This document shows, piece after piece, positions 35,864 to 45,586 of a DNA stretch of 64,000 nucleotides; the first letter of the stretch is position 1; every line of letters begins with the position of its first letter. Origin of the DNA: an uncultured archaeon (GTDB taxonomy: Archaea > Altiarchaeota > Altiarchaeia > IMC4 > SCGC-AAA252-I15); contig CAZPLO010000004.1 of assembly GCA_964587725.1 (NCBI GenBank), forward strand, positions 16,323-80,322, read 5' to 3'. Under the pieces are notes generated by a model that saw nothing but the letters and a program-made list of their open reading frames with translations, was not told the origin of the DNA and ran no database searches. Position numbers and translations under genes: made by a program.

Positions 35864-36690
35864 ACACGTACATGCCGTATAATACGAGGGTGGAGGGGGT
35901 TACCGACCTCGGCGGGGACAGCGTGATGCTGACCCTCCAGTTCACAGACGAGTCGGTGAGGAAGAAGTTCACGTTCACGCCCGGGCAGTTCATACAGCTG
36001 TCGCTACTCGGCCACGGAGAAATACCGGTGGGCCTCGCATCCAACCCCGGCGACAGGAAACACATTCAGGTGTCGGTGAGGAAGGCCGGCAACGTGACCC
36101 AGGCCGTCCACCGCCTCGAAAAAGGGGATGAAGTCGGCGTGCGTGGGCCGTTCGGCAACGGCTTCAAGGAGGAGTGGATTAAGGGCAAGGACCTGCTGGT
36201 GATATCAGGCGGCTGCGGGATACCCCCGATGAGGGCGCTGATGCTGCACGCCATGGAGAACAGTAAAGACTACGACGGCATCACGTTGTTGTACGGGGCG
36301 AGGACCCAACAGGACCTGCTGTTCCGGCAGGAATACAAAAAGTGGGGCAAGAAGGCGAGGGTGTTGCTGACCGTCGACACGGAGGATGAGCCGGACCCGG
36401 AGCTGGGCTTGGAGTGCGGCGTCGGCGTGGTTACGACGCTCATAGACGACGTTGAAATTAAAGACAACACGGTGGCTGTGATGTGCGGCCCCGGAATCAT
36501 GTACAAGTTCGTTGTGAATAAACTGCTGGAGGAGGGGATGAAGCCCGAAAACATGCTGCTGTCACTGGAGAGACGAATGAAGTGCGGGGTCGGCAAATGC
36601 CAGCACTGCAACCGCGGCTCAAAGTACGTGTGCCTCGACGGCCCAGTATTCACATACAAGGAGCTGCTGGAGGAATACGGGGGACTGTAA
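35860..36690 (+). CDS. hydG: Sulfhydrogenase gamma subunit / AsrB-like FAD-NAD(P)-binding oxidoreductase with C-terminal 2Fe-2S
   Basis: ATGA overlap with the upstream gene and an AGGAGG SD sequence. An FNR-like fold followed by CGVGKCQHCNRGSKYVC. Confidence 0.65.
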   Translation: MNTYMPYNTRVEGVTDLGGDSVMLTLQFTDESVRKKFTFTPGQFIQLSLLGHGEIPVGLASNPGDRKHIQVSVRKAGNVTQAVHRLEKGDEVGVRGPFGNGFKEEWIKGKDLLVISGGCGIPPMRALMLHAMENSKDYDGITLLYGARTQQDLLFRQEYKKWGKKARVLLTVDTEDEPDPELGLECGVGVVTTLIDDVEIKDNTVAVMCGPGIMYKFVVNKLLEEGMKPENMLLSLERRMKCGVGKCQHCNRGSKYVCLDGPVFTYKELLEEYGGL

Positions 36691-37469
36691 TGAAGGCTCT
36701 GCCGAAACCCAGGATTGCGGTGTTCGACTTCACCGACTGTGAAGGCTGCGAGGTCGAGTTCATCAACCTCAAGGAGAAACTGATGGATTTGCTGGAGGAC
36801 GTGGAGATAGTGAACTGGCGGCTCGCGAAGGAGGGGAACGAGCCGGGGCCGTTCGACATAGCATTCATAGAGGGAACCCCGGTGACCCCGGACGAGCAGG
36901 AGCTGCTCCGGCAGATAAGGGGGAAGACCAGAATCATAGTGGGGTTGGGGGCGTGCGCGTGCACCGGCGGCGTGCCCGCGATAGTGAATGATGAAAAAGA
37001 CCGCCTGGACTTCTACGGGAAAGTGTACCCGCCGGAGTACAAGCCGCAGGGCACCATGGCTAAGCCGCTGAGCGCCTTCGTCGAAGTCGACTTCACGTTG
37101 AACGGCTGCCCCGTAGACAAAAACGAGATAGAGCGGTTCCTCACCGCGTTCCTCAAGGGAGCGAGCCCCGAAGACAGGGACAACCCCGTGTGCATGGAGT
37201 GCAAGATAAACGACAACCAGTGCAGGCTCGTCAACGGCGAAGTATGCCTGGGGCCGATAACAAGAGGCGGGTGCGGCGCCTTCTGCGTGACCCACGGGAA
37301 ATACTGCTACGGCTGCTACGGGCTGGTGAAGGACGCGAACTTCGAACGGATGGTTGAGGTGCTGGAGGATTTGGTCGGCGCGGAGGAGACTGAGAGGATA
37401 CTGAACATGTTCCTGAGCGAATCCGAGGAATACAAGAAACACTACCGCCTCGACATGGTCCAGCCCTGA
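36690..37469 (+). CDS. hydD: [NiFe]-hydrogenase small-subunit homologue (sulfhydrogenase delta-like)
   Basis: TAATG overlap with hydG. Carries CEGCE, GACACTGG and GCP motifs plus a C-terminal poly-Cys region for medial and distal clusters. Confidence 0.65.
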   Translation: MKALPKPRIAVFDFTDCEGCEVEFINLKEKLMDLLEDVEIVNWRLAKEGNEPGPFDIAFIEGTPVTPDEQELLRQIRGKTRIIVGLGACACTGGVPAIVNDEKDRLDFYGKVYPPEYKPQGTMAKPLSAFVEVDFTLNGCPVDKNEIERFLTAFLKGASPEDRDNPVCMECKINDNQCRLVNGEVCLGPITRGGCGAFCVTHGKYCYGCYGLVKDANFERMVEVLEDLVGAEETERILNMFLSESEEYKKHYRLDMVQP

Positions 37470-38723
37470 CTATCTGGCGCAGCCGCCGACGGGAACGGAC
37501 AGTATCGAGTTCTCCATGTAAATCAGCTTCGCATCAGGCCCCTTCTCCTCCAACGCCGCGTCAACGGCCTCCTGGGCGTTGGGATACGGCTTCATGAACA
37601 CACGCTCCAACACGCTGTCATCCAATTCGGTGACGCCGTACATGCTAGCCCACAGTGAAATGTCCAGGAGGCGCGCGGCCTTGTGGTAGCCGAGCTTGTA
37701 CTTCTGCTTAATCGACATCAGTATGGTCTTGGGGTCTGCGCTGGAGCTCATCAGCGCATAGTAGTTTTCAGGCCCCACGCCGTTCTCGCACGACGACACG
37801 AACACCAGTATCCCGTCTTTCTTCAGCGCGTACTTCGCGGACTCGATGACCTTCTGGGTCTGGTACAGGTCCTGGTTCATGGGCTCGTGGACGGCCGCCA
37901 ACACCACATCCGCCTTCTCCTTCAGGGGATACGTGTATTTCGTGGACGCGAAGTCACACGCGCTCCTGAAGGAGCCGCGGAGGTCGCCCGCGTAGACGGC
38001 GGCGACGTCGCTGTCCTCGTCCAACACCAGGTTGAAGCTGAACACGTCCGCCTCCACCATCGACGCGGCCCCCTCCATGTCCTCGTTGACGGGGTTGCCG
38101 TCGAGCCTGCACAGCTGCGACCCCTCCTCCAACGCGAGGGAGTGGTTCTTGGTTATCGTCTTGTACCCTGCAACCCCGGGGAGGAAGCTTTTCCTGCCGC
38201 CCGTGTATCCTGCGAAATAATGGGGTTCGACGCTGTTGATGTTGACTATTCCGTCGGCCTCCCAGATTATCTTGTTATAGTATACGCTGGTAGCCCGTGC
38301 GGTGTCGCCTGCGTAGCGGAGGCATTCGTCGTCCCTGCTTTCATGACCTACGACGGAGTCCCTGTGCAGCTCATAGTTTTCCCTGCCCATAATCTTCCGG
38401 AGCGCAGGCTTCTCAGGCGGCTTATGGGAGCCGGTGGCTACCACGAACTTCAGCTCCTTCCCCTCCAGCTTCGGAAGCAGGGCGTCCAAGAAAGGAGCCG
38501 TCGGCGTCGGCCGGGTGAGGTCGTTGAGTATGAGGAGTACCGTGTCTTTACCCTTCAGGAACTCCTGGAAGGACGTTCCAGAAGGATTTTGAAGACCTTC
38601 TTCCAGGAGCTCGTTCAAACCCCTTTTCTCGAACGACGACGGCCGGATGACCTCCAATACTCTGTCGTCGTCCACGCGGACGGAGACGGTGCCGTCTCCG
38701 TAGGGCATGTTGAACTCCATCAC
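37470..38723 (-). CDS. LarA-family protein (nickel-pincer lactate racemase-like, DUF2088)
   Basis: 417 aa. The N-terminus MMEFNMPYGDGTVSV matches the LarA start M..ELPYGK. Followed by conserved GSHKP and HYFAGYTGG-type segments. Confidence 0.6.
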   Translation of the reverse strand: MMEFNMPYGDGTVSVRVDDDRVLEVIRPSSFEKRGLNELLEEGLQNPSGTSFQEFLKGKDTVLLILNDLTRPTPTAPFLDALLPKLEGKELKFVVATGSHKPPEKPALRKIMGRENYELHRDSVVGHESRDDECLRYAGDTARATSVYYNKIIWEADGIVNINSVEPHYFAGYTGGRKSFLPGVAGYKTITKNHSLALEEGSQLCRLDGNPVNEDMEGAASMVEADVFSFNLVLDEDSDVAAVYAGDLRGSFRSACDFASTKYTYPLKEKADVVLAAVHEPMNQDLYQTQKVIESAKYALKKDGILVFVSSCENGVGPENYYALMSSSADPKTILMSIKQKYKLGYHKAARLLDISLWASMYGVTELDDSVLERVFMKPYPNAQEAVDAALEEKGPDAKLIYMENSILSVPVGGCAR

Positions 38724-40066
38724 AGATCACCTTCAGACCGCATCGCCTTCATCATCTCCAGCACCGAAAAGGATGCGCGGGTCACGCCCATGCTCCGCGT
38801 GTCGGTGTCGGTGCCCGCCAGGTAGAGCCCGCCCAACGGCGCGTTCGGCGACGGAAACCTGGAGCCAACGGTTATCGCCGCCTTCTCGGGTATCGTGACC
38901 TGCATATGCTTGAAGTCGACGTGTCCCTCCACTCCTGGGACGGCGGTGTATATGGACTCCATCAACGCCTTCTCCTCCGACTCCACACCATCCTCGACTA
39001 TGGACGTGAATCCCACCAGCTGATGGCCTTCCGGTGCGAACGAACCGTTGTAGTTGCTGACCGGCATGGCCCAGTAGGATTTCCCCTCCTCGAACCACAC
39101 CTCCGCCCCAATGTAGTCGAACTCCGGAAGCCTTGTGTCGAGGCCCAGCCACACCGTGATGGAGGTGGTCTGCTCCAGGGTATCCAGGGCCCTGACGTAG
39201 TCTTTGGGGAGGCCGCTGGTGAGTGAAGGAAGGTCCTTCACGAAACCCGTGTATACGACAGAATCCGCCTCGTAGCTGCCTTCACCGGTTGAGACGCCGG
39301 TCACCCGTCCGTCGCCGTCTATGGAGGTCACCTCCTCCCCCGCCTTGACGGCCACCCGTCCGCGGGGGAACGACTTCATTATGCAGTCTGTGACGACGCC
39401 GGCGCCCAGCCGCGGATAAGCCTGGTGGTAGCTGCCGTCGTATGCGAGGAGCTTCGCGAAACTCGCTATCCCGCCTATTACTTTGTCGCCTATGAACTCG
39501 CTCTGCGTCTCCTCCATGTACCGGGCTCCCTTCACCAGCCGCCACACGGGAGTCTTCCTCATACTCTTACCGCTCATGAAATAGCAGAATGTGTCTATGA
39601 ACTTCCACGTCTTCTCGCTGAAGTCGTTCGCCTTCAAGTAGTCGTATACGCTCTGGCCCCGGTCCACCGACCCGAACACGCTGAACGCCACAGACGAGCC
39701 GAGGATGCTGGTTATCAGTATCCGGTCCTTCTGCGGGAGGACGTCGAAGTTCACCCACGCCTGCACCGTCCACGGGAAGACGACCAGCTTGTCCCTGGTG
39801 CGGATGTGGTAGTCGCCGTAGGGCATGAACTTGGGTATGACGTCGAAGTAACGGTCCATCAGCTCCGTCAGCGGCCCGTTGTCGACGTGGGTTATCGCAT
39901 GAAGACCGGTGTCGACTGTGTAGCCGTCGAGGCTGTACGTGCGGAGGTTCCCGCCGACCTCGCTGCTTTTCTCCAGCACCAGCACGTTCTTCCCCTCCTT
40001 CGACAGGGCGAGTGCTGAGAGCAGGCCGCTCACGCCGGCACCCACCACTATTGTATCGTATTCCAT
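38720..40066 (-). CDS. FAD-dependent oxidoreductase (phytoene desaturase/amine-oxidase-like)
   Basis: MEYDTIVVGAGVSGLLSALALSKEGKNVLVLEKSSEVGG, a dinucleotide-binding GxGxxG...E motif. 448 aa. Confidence 0.65.
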   Translation of the reverse strand: MEYDTIVVGAGVSGLLSALALSKEGKNVLVLEKSSEVGGNLRTYSLDGYTVDTGLHAITHVDNGPLTELMDRYFDVIPKFMPYGDYHIRTRDKLVVFPWTVQAWVNFDVLPQKDRILITSILGSSVAFSVFGSVDRGQSVYDYLKANDFSEKTWKFIDTFCYFMSGKSMRKTPVWRLVKGARYMEETQSEFIGDKVIGGIASFAKLLAYDGSYHQAYPRLGAGVVTDCIMKSFPRGRVAVKAGEEVTSIDGDGRVTGVSTGEGSYEADSVVYTGFVKDLPSLTSGLPKDYVRALDTLEQTTSITVWLGLDTRLPEFDYIGAEVWFEEGKSYWAMPVSNYNGSFAPEGHQLVGFTSIVEDGVESEEKALMESIYTAVPGVEGHVDFKHMQVTIPEKAAITVGSRFPSPNAPLGGLYLAGTDTDTRSMGVTRASFSVLEMMKAMRSEGDL

Positions 40067-40067
40067 T

Positions 40068-40589
40068 CTACCAGGGCTTCCTCTTCAACCTGATAACCCA
40101 TGCGACGATGTTGGCGATGACGTGCAAGGGTATGGTGAGCATGCACGCCAAAATCAGGTATCCGAAGTCGACGGGCAACACAGTCCACGCCAGGAAGAAC
40201 GCCCCGAAGATGTAGTCGAGCTGGTCCAGGAAGAATACTGGGTGGCCGCGGCCCAAACCCGCACGCCTTTTTATGAAGCTTGCGGCCAAATCCCCAGCCA
40301 ACGCGCCGAACCCCAGGAGAAAACCCAGGTACGGAGTCATCGCGATGAACCCCGCCGGCTGAATCTGCTGCTGTATCGCGGCCGCAGCCACCGCCGCCAG
40401 CACCCCGAATACGAAACCCCGCCAGGTTTTTCCGTCCCCGAATATCCGCTTCCCTGCGAATTTTTTCCCGAAGTCCATGGGGGTGGAAAAATCTTTGAGG
40501 ACCGGAAACCCCGACACGTCTATGGCGGCGGAGTTGGCGACGTACGCAGGGAATATGAGCCACATCACATTCAGGAGACCTGGAAGCAT
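40068..40589 (-). CDS. carS: CDP-archaeol synthase
   Basis: 173 aa with GDGKTWRG, FGALAGDLAASFIKRR and DQLD motifs, co-linear with Archaeoglobus CarS. Confidence 0.8.
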   Translation of the reverse strand: MLPGLLNVMWLIFPAYVANSAAIDVSGFPVLKDFSTPMDFGKKFAGKRIFGDGKTWRGFVFGVLAAVAAAAIQQQIQPAGFIAMTPYLGFLLGFGALAGDLAASFIKRRAGLGRGHPVFFLDQLDYIFGAFFLAWTVLPVDFGYLILACMLTIPLHVIANIVAWVIRLKRKPW

Positions 40590-40628
40590 GATAGATATAA
40601 TTACCTGGATTAATATAAGAGCTTGGGC

Positions 40629-41351
40629 TCACATCAGCAGGATGAACGCCCCCGACACTAGCAAGACCGCGGACATTATGCCCGAAACCAGCCTGCCGTC
40701 GAGCGACGGGGGGGTGACTCTCCCCAGGAGGACGGTCAGGTACATGAACGGCAGCGCTATGATGGAGTGGACGAGCGTCGTCGAGTATATGATGCCGGAG
40801 AGGGCGTAGACTGCCACCTGAAGTGCCGACGCCGCCAACACCACGGAAGCCACCGGCCGGGGAGATTCGATTACGTGCCTCTCCCTTACCCCGTGGAGGA
40901 GAGGCGGTTTACCTGCATTGAATAAGCCGGTGAGGAATCCTCCTGAGAGCATGTAAACCCAGTCGGGGACCTTCAGGGCGCGGACTCTCATCCCCTCACC
41001 CAGGAATATCTTCAAGGCGTAGAACACTGCCAATGCGCCGAACGCTATCCTCAGCGCTGACGCCGGCGTCAGCCGTAGCAGCAGCGCACCCAACACCACG
41101 CCGAACAATATAGGAGCCAGGGCGGGAGCGTAATGCATTAGTGACGGCCCCGGAGGGAGACTTCGATACGATGATATGGCGTACACAAGCTCCACCACCG
41201 CCAGTACTGCAACTGCAAACTTCACATCCTCGAACAATAGAACAAGCAGGGGCATCGCCGCCAAGGTGCTGCTGAACCCGGATAGTGAGCGCAGGAAATA
41301 CGCCAGGAACACCACCAGCCCAAGGGCGAAGAATGCGAGAACCGACGCCAT
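40629..41351 (-). CDS. TauE/SafE-family sulfite/anion exporter (DUF81)
   Basis: 240 aa, 7-8 TMs. Two-fold internal repeat with G-rich helices. Confidence 0.6.
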   Translation of the reverse strand: MASVLAFFALGLVVFLAYFLRSLSGFSSTLAAMPLLVLLFEDVKFAVAVLAVVELVYAISSYRSLPPGPSLMHYAPALAPILFGVVLGALLLRLTPASALRIAFGALAVFYALKIFLGEGMRVRALKVPDWVYMLSGGFLTGLFNAGKPPLLHGVRERHVIESPRPVASVVLAASALQVAVYALSGIIYSTTLVHSIIALPFMYLTVLLGRVTPPSLDGRLVSGIMSAVLLVSGAFILLM

Positions 41352-41384
41352 GGATAGTGATTAAAAACACGGGAATAAAACCCT

Positions 41385-42584
41385 TTACTGCGGCTTATCC
41401 AGCATGCGGGAGACCGCCACCGCAAGCAGGCACACCGCCCCGGCCGGGATGAACGCCCACAGGTAGCTGCCGGTCATATCGAAGACGCTGCCCGCCAGTA
41501 TCGGCCCCGCTATGCCCGCTACACCATATGCGGTGAACACGAGCCCGTAGTTGACTCCCACGTTCTTGGTGCCGAAGAAATCCGCGGTGGCGGACGGGAA
41601 CAATGCGAAGTTGCCTCCGAAGTTGAACCCCACCCACGCGGCCGCCACCGTCAAAAGAAGCTCCGACGACCCCATGTTAATCAACGCGAGCATCATCAAC
41701 CCCTGGAGCAGGAACATCAGTGACATCGCGTTCTTCCGCCCCATCCGGTCGGAGACCGCACCCCATATTATGCGGCCGGCTCCGTTGAACAGAGCAAGCA
41801 CGCCGACTGCGTTGCCGGCGACGGCGGGGGTGAGGCCACTGTATACTCCGTAGGGCTTCAGTATCCCAATCACCATCAACCCGGCGGCTGCTCCGAAGAT
41901 GAACATGAGCCAGAGCATCCAGAACTGCCGTGTCCCGAGCATCTCACGGTATTCGAAGTCGACCTTCGAAACCGTTTCCTTCGCCTCCGGGGGACTCCAG
42001 TTCGAGGGCTTCCAACCCATCGGCGGGTTCTTCAGCAACTGCGCGCCGGCAACCACTGCCAGCAAAAATATTATGCCGAGGTTGGTGAACGCCTGCAGTA
42101 TGCCGGATGACTCGATGAAGATGGTCGCGACCTTGGCGAACACCCACGCGCCCGCCCCGAATCCTGCGACCGCGAGGCCGGTTATCAACCCCCTCTTGTC
42201 GGGGAACCATTTCACGCACGCCGCAATCGGGCACACGTACGCTAGGCCTATGCCTGCGCCTCCGATGACGCCGAGGGTCAACGCCACCAATGGGAAGCTG
42301 CCGCCGGTGAAACCCGCAAGCAGGTATCCTGCTCCGAGGACCAAGCCGCCGGCGGTAGCCACGACGCGGGGGCCCCTGCAGTCCTGCTGCCGGCCAGCAT
42401 ACACCATCACCACCGCGAATGTTGCGAGGGCGAGGGAGAATATGATCTGGGTTTCGGTGGTGGAGTAGTCGAACGCGTCCTTCAACGGGTTCACGAACAC
42501 GCTCCAACTGTATATGGCGCCCAAACACAACTGTATGACGAGGGCGCCTGCCACAACCAGCCACCGATTGCCTGACATTTTCAC
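41385..42584 (-). CDS. MFS transporter, oxalate/formate antiporter (OFA) family
   Basis: RWLVVAGALVIQLCLGAIYSWSVF N-terminus typical of OFA. 12 TMs. Confidence 0.7.
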   Translation of the reverse strand: MKMSGNRWLVVAGALVIQLCLGAIYSWSVFVNPLKDAFDYSTTETQIIFSLALATFAVVMVYAGRQQDCRGPRVVATAGGLVLGAGYLLAGFTGGSFPLVALTLGVIGGAGIGLAYVCPIAACVKWFPDKRGLITGLAVAGFGAGAWVFAKVATIFIESSGILQAFTNLGIIFLLAVVAGAQLLKNPPMGWKPSNWSPPEAKETVSKVDFEYREMLGTRQFWMLWLMFIFGAAAGLMVIGILKPYGVYSGLTPAVAGNAVGVLALFNGAGRIIWGAVSDRMGRKNAMSLMFLLQGLMMLALINMGSSELLLTVAAAWVGFNFGGNFALFPSATADFFGTKNVGVNYGLVFTAYGVAGIAGPILAGSVFDMTGSYLWAFIPAGAVCLLAVAVSRMLDKPQ

Positions 42585-42602
42585 AACAAATGGTAGCAGG
42601 CC

Positions 42603-42616
42603 TTTAAATATTAAAG
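42603..42616 (+). promoter_or_regulatory. TATA-like element (tttaaatattaaag) upstream of the giant-ORF operon
   Basis: The only AT-rich block in the 65-bp intergenic spacer before ATG 42650. Confidence 0.35.
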
Positions 42617-42649
42617 TAATAACCCCGTCCTACCCCATCATATAACAGG

Positions 42650-45586
42650 ATGCACAAGCCCGTTGAACGCCCGCGCGGGAGGGGCGGAGAACCGGGAGCC
42701 CCCGACGACCGCGGAACAGAGGCGCAGAGGGACATCATAGTCGTAACCGCCCCCACAATCAAGGACAAACTGATGTATCAGGGGATGCTGCATGCCGCCC
42801 GTTTGAAGGGGCCGGAAGACAGGGACGCCATAAGGGTAGTCGACTACCTTGCCACGCATGTCCGGGGGTTCCGGAACGTCGACCCCGACCGTCAGAGGGA
42901 AAGCCTTATGGAGGCTGTCGGGGGGGACGTCGACGCCAAGGCCATATACGTCAAAGACGAGAGAGGTTTCGTGAGAAACGCGAACGAAATCCGGGAGTCG
43001 CTCCGAGAAGGCGACATGAAGGATGTGGTGAAGCTGCTGAAGGCCGTTGAGGGGAGGGTCCACCGGGACGAGTACCTGTTCTACAAAGGCATGGTGGACG
43101 ACTACGCCGCCGAACACTGGTCTGAAGGCCCTAAACCCGAGGGCTGGAGCGACTACGAAGGCATCAGGGGTGAAGTGGAGGATAACCCCCTGATGAGGCG
43201 CGGGAAACAGGACGTCGGATTGGGCAGACGGCAGATAGAGTTGGTTGAGGCTAGCATCGAGGCATACAACCGGGCTGCTTCCCCCATGCTTCAGGGAATG
43301 GACGGGGAAACCCAGAGGGAGGCCAGCGCCCTCACCTCCTGGATGATGATAGACGAGATGAGCGAGGAAACACGGCTGGAGACTGTGGAGAGGCTGAGGC
43401 GGGTGTCCGAATCCGACATAGGCGCCGGCGTGAAGACGGACGTCATGGGGGACATAGTGGGCAGAGGCCTTAACATAGAGGTGGAGAAGACCATGCTGTC
43501 GTGGGTGGATGAGGGCCCTGAAACGTTCTTCAAAAACATAAGCTACATGGAGGGGGCGTGGATGTTCTCCAGGCCCCCGCAGGAGGAGGTGGATGAGGTT
43601 AAGGGCATAGTTGACTCCCTCCCCGAAGGGGATGGGGAGCAGTTCCTGAAGACCTACGTCAGACTCATTAAAATACGGTCCCCCATAGCCACGGAAGACC
43701 CGGACCGGAAAAACCCCACAAGGCGGCGGTACGTGAGAGACGTTAAACATGCCGTCGACTCAGGAGATGAATTCGGGTGGGTGATTGGCAGATACCACTA
43801 CAGAGCCATGGTCAACGGACTAGTCAACGAACTGGACCTCCTGCCGTCTGACGGGAAGCTCCGGCTGATTACGGGACTATACGACCTCCGGGGGAACGCG
43901 GAAACAGGGGATGACATGAAGAGGGTGGCGCAGGTTCTGGAGGTCTGCGAGAGGATGGACCCCGCCCACCGGCTCCCGTCGGTTTCGGAGATGCTGGTTG
44001 CGACCGAGTTCCTGTGGGCGGCCGCCGGAAAAAAGCCAGGGGCGGAGGCGATGTACACTATGTCCCTGGTGGCGTCGAACCACGAGCACCTGGAAAACCT
44101 TTTCAGATACACGAAGATGGTTGATGACAGACAGTTCAGGAAGATGGTGGGTGAGCTTGCAGACACCTCCGCCCAGCCGGCGCAGACCATCGAGGGAGTA
44201 AGGGAGGACAGTTACGCGGAAGAATACGGCAAGATGCTTGACAGGGGGGAGGTGGAGGGTTTGAGCGAAGGCGAGATCGACCGGCAGAAACACATGTTCT
44301 CCCTGTACGGAATCCTGGCGGACGACATACGGTACATGGACGCGGTGGGGCGGGCCGCCAACAGCATCGCCGACGTTAGCCCCGGGGCTGCGAAGGCTTA
44401 CTGGAACACATACTATGTGGAGCCTGCGGAGACGCTGTGGGACGGCTCCCTCAACGAGGAGAGGATGGCGGTCGGAGAGCTCGTTGATTCCGTGGGCAGG
44501 ATAACGGACCACATGTTCATCGGCGCCTTCGTTGAACATTACGCCGAGAACCCCGGTTCCATTGAGAGGGTAAATGATTTGGACGGCATGAAAATCAGGG
44601 GCGAGAGCCTCTCCAAGGAGGTGGCGCTGGCCATGGGCAGGAGCCCCGAACACCTGAAAATCCTCGGAGGAGACACCATAGACAAACTCGCCGACAACTA
44701 CCACGGCGGACGATACCTGGTGGAGGAGTTCCTCGATAGTTTGAAGAACGACGAACTCAACATGGCGAGGGCGTACGACGCACTGCTCCACGCGGACAAC
44801 AGGACCGCACAGAAACTTCGGAACGATTACTTGAGGGGCGGGCTGGCTGACGCCGACCTCGAGGGGGTGGAGTTGACGGCAGAGAACATAGGGGACGAAT
44901 TGGAGAGGGTTGCTGGGGAGAAGAAGGCGCGGGAGGATGCTGAACGGAGGTTCCGGCAGACTGTTTCAAAGGAACTCGGTGCCGTCGGAAAGGACTACCT
45001 GCATCTGGCTGATGCCGTTCCGGTGCTGCGCACTCCGGAACATGTGGAGTCGTTCGGCAGGTTGTATAGCGGAGTCGGCGAAAGGATGAGGTCGAGGGTT
45101 GTGGGGCTGGCGTTGGATGCGGCTGAGAGGCGGAAGACTGAAACCGCGGCGGAAATCATGGAGTCGGCAGATCTCGCGTCAAAACTGGAGAGCCTGTCTA
45201 AGACGCCTTATGCGGCTAACAATTTCATGGACGTATTGTACGCGGCAGCGCTCACCTCGGATGAGGGGGAGTTCGACGCGGGGGTGCGGCGGGTCTTCAG
45301 ACTGCGCGAGATACAGGAGGCCCTGGTGGTTGAGGGGGTGCTCGACTTCACCGGCGTCAAAGACGAGATGAGGGGAGACGCGGTTGAGATGGTGTTGAAC
45401 ACACCGCTGAAGCAGCGGCCGTTCCTTACGGCACTGCCGACCTCCGAAATGCTTGAGCACGGGGAGGGGCTGCGGAGGTTCATGGACGAGAACCCACACA
45501 TCGTCGAAGCCATGTCCAACACCGTTTACGTTGAGGCGAGGGAAAACGGCAGAACATACGTTCTGGGAGGTGGCGGCGGTGAATAA
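42650..45586 (+). CDS. Giant hypothetical cytoplasmic protein 1 (978 aa), acidic, no recognisable domain
   Basis: Uninterrupted ORF with protein-like composition. Antisense ORFs are Pro/His/Arg-rich junk. The stop overlaps the start region of the next giant ORF. Confidence 0.6.
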   Translation: MHKPVERPRGRGGEPGAPDDRGTEAQRDIIVVTAPTIKDKLMYQGMLHAARLKGPEDRDAIRVVDYLATHVRGFRNVDPDRQRESLMEAVGGDVDAKAIYVKDERGFVRNANEIRESLREGDMKDVVKLLKAVEGRVHRDEYLFYKGMVDDYAAEHWSEGPKPEGWSDYEGIRGEVEDNPLMRRGKQDVGLGRRQIELVEASIEAYNRAASPMLQGMDGETQREASALTSWMMIDEMSEETRLETVERLRRVSESDIGAGVKTDVMGDIVGRGLNIEVEKTMLSWVDEGPETFFKNISYMEGAWMFSRPPQEEVDEVKGIVDSLPEGDGEQFLKTYVRLIKIRSPIATEDPDRKNPTRRRYVRDVKHAVDSGDEFGWVIGRYHYRAMVNGLVNELDLLPSDGKLRLITGLYDLRGNAETGDDMKRVAQVLEVCERMDPAHRLPSVSEMLVATEFLWAAAGKKPGAEAMYTMSLVASNHEHLENLFRYTKMVDDRQFRKMVGELADTSAQPAQTIEGVREDSYAEEYGKMLDRGEVEGLSEGEIDRQKHMFSLYGILADDIRYMDAVGRAANSIADVSPGAAKAYWNTYYVEPAETLWDGSLNEERMAVGELVDSVGRITDHMFIGAFVEHYAENPGSIERVNDLDGMKIRGESLSKEVALAMGRSPEHLKILGGDTIDKLADNYHGGRYLVEEFLDSLKNDELNMARAYDALLHADNRTAQKLRNDYLRGGLADADLEGVELTAENIGDELERVAGEKKAREDAERRFRQTVSKELGAVGKDYLHLADAVPVLRTPEHVESFGRLYSGVGERMRSRVVGLALDAAERRKTETAAEIMESADLASKLESLSKTPYAANNFMDVLYAAALTSDEGEFDAGVRRVFRLREIQEALVVEGVLDFTGVKDEMRGDAVEMVLNTPLKQRPFLTALPTSEMLEHGEGLRRFMDENPHIVEAMSNTVYVEARENGRTYVLGGGGGE

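Noticed and set aside
36270-38825. Long antisense ORFs (36270..37442 minus, 37683..38825 plus) opposite hydG/hydD and larA
   Set aside because: Compositionally biased (L/V/R/H/P-rich) with no motifs. The sense genes carry diagnostic Fe-S and LarA signatures.
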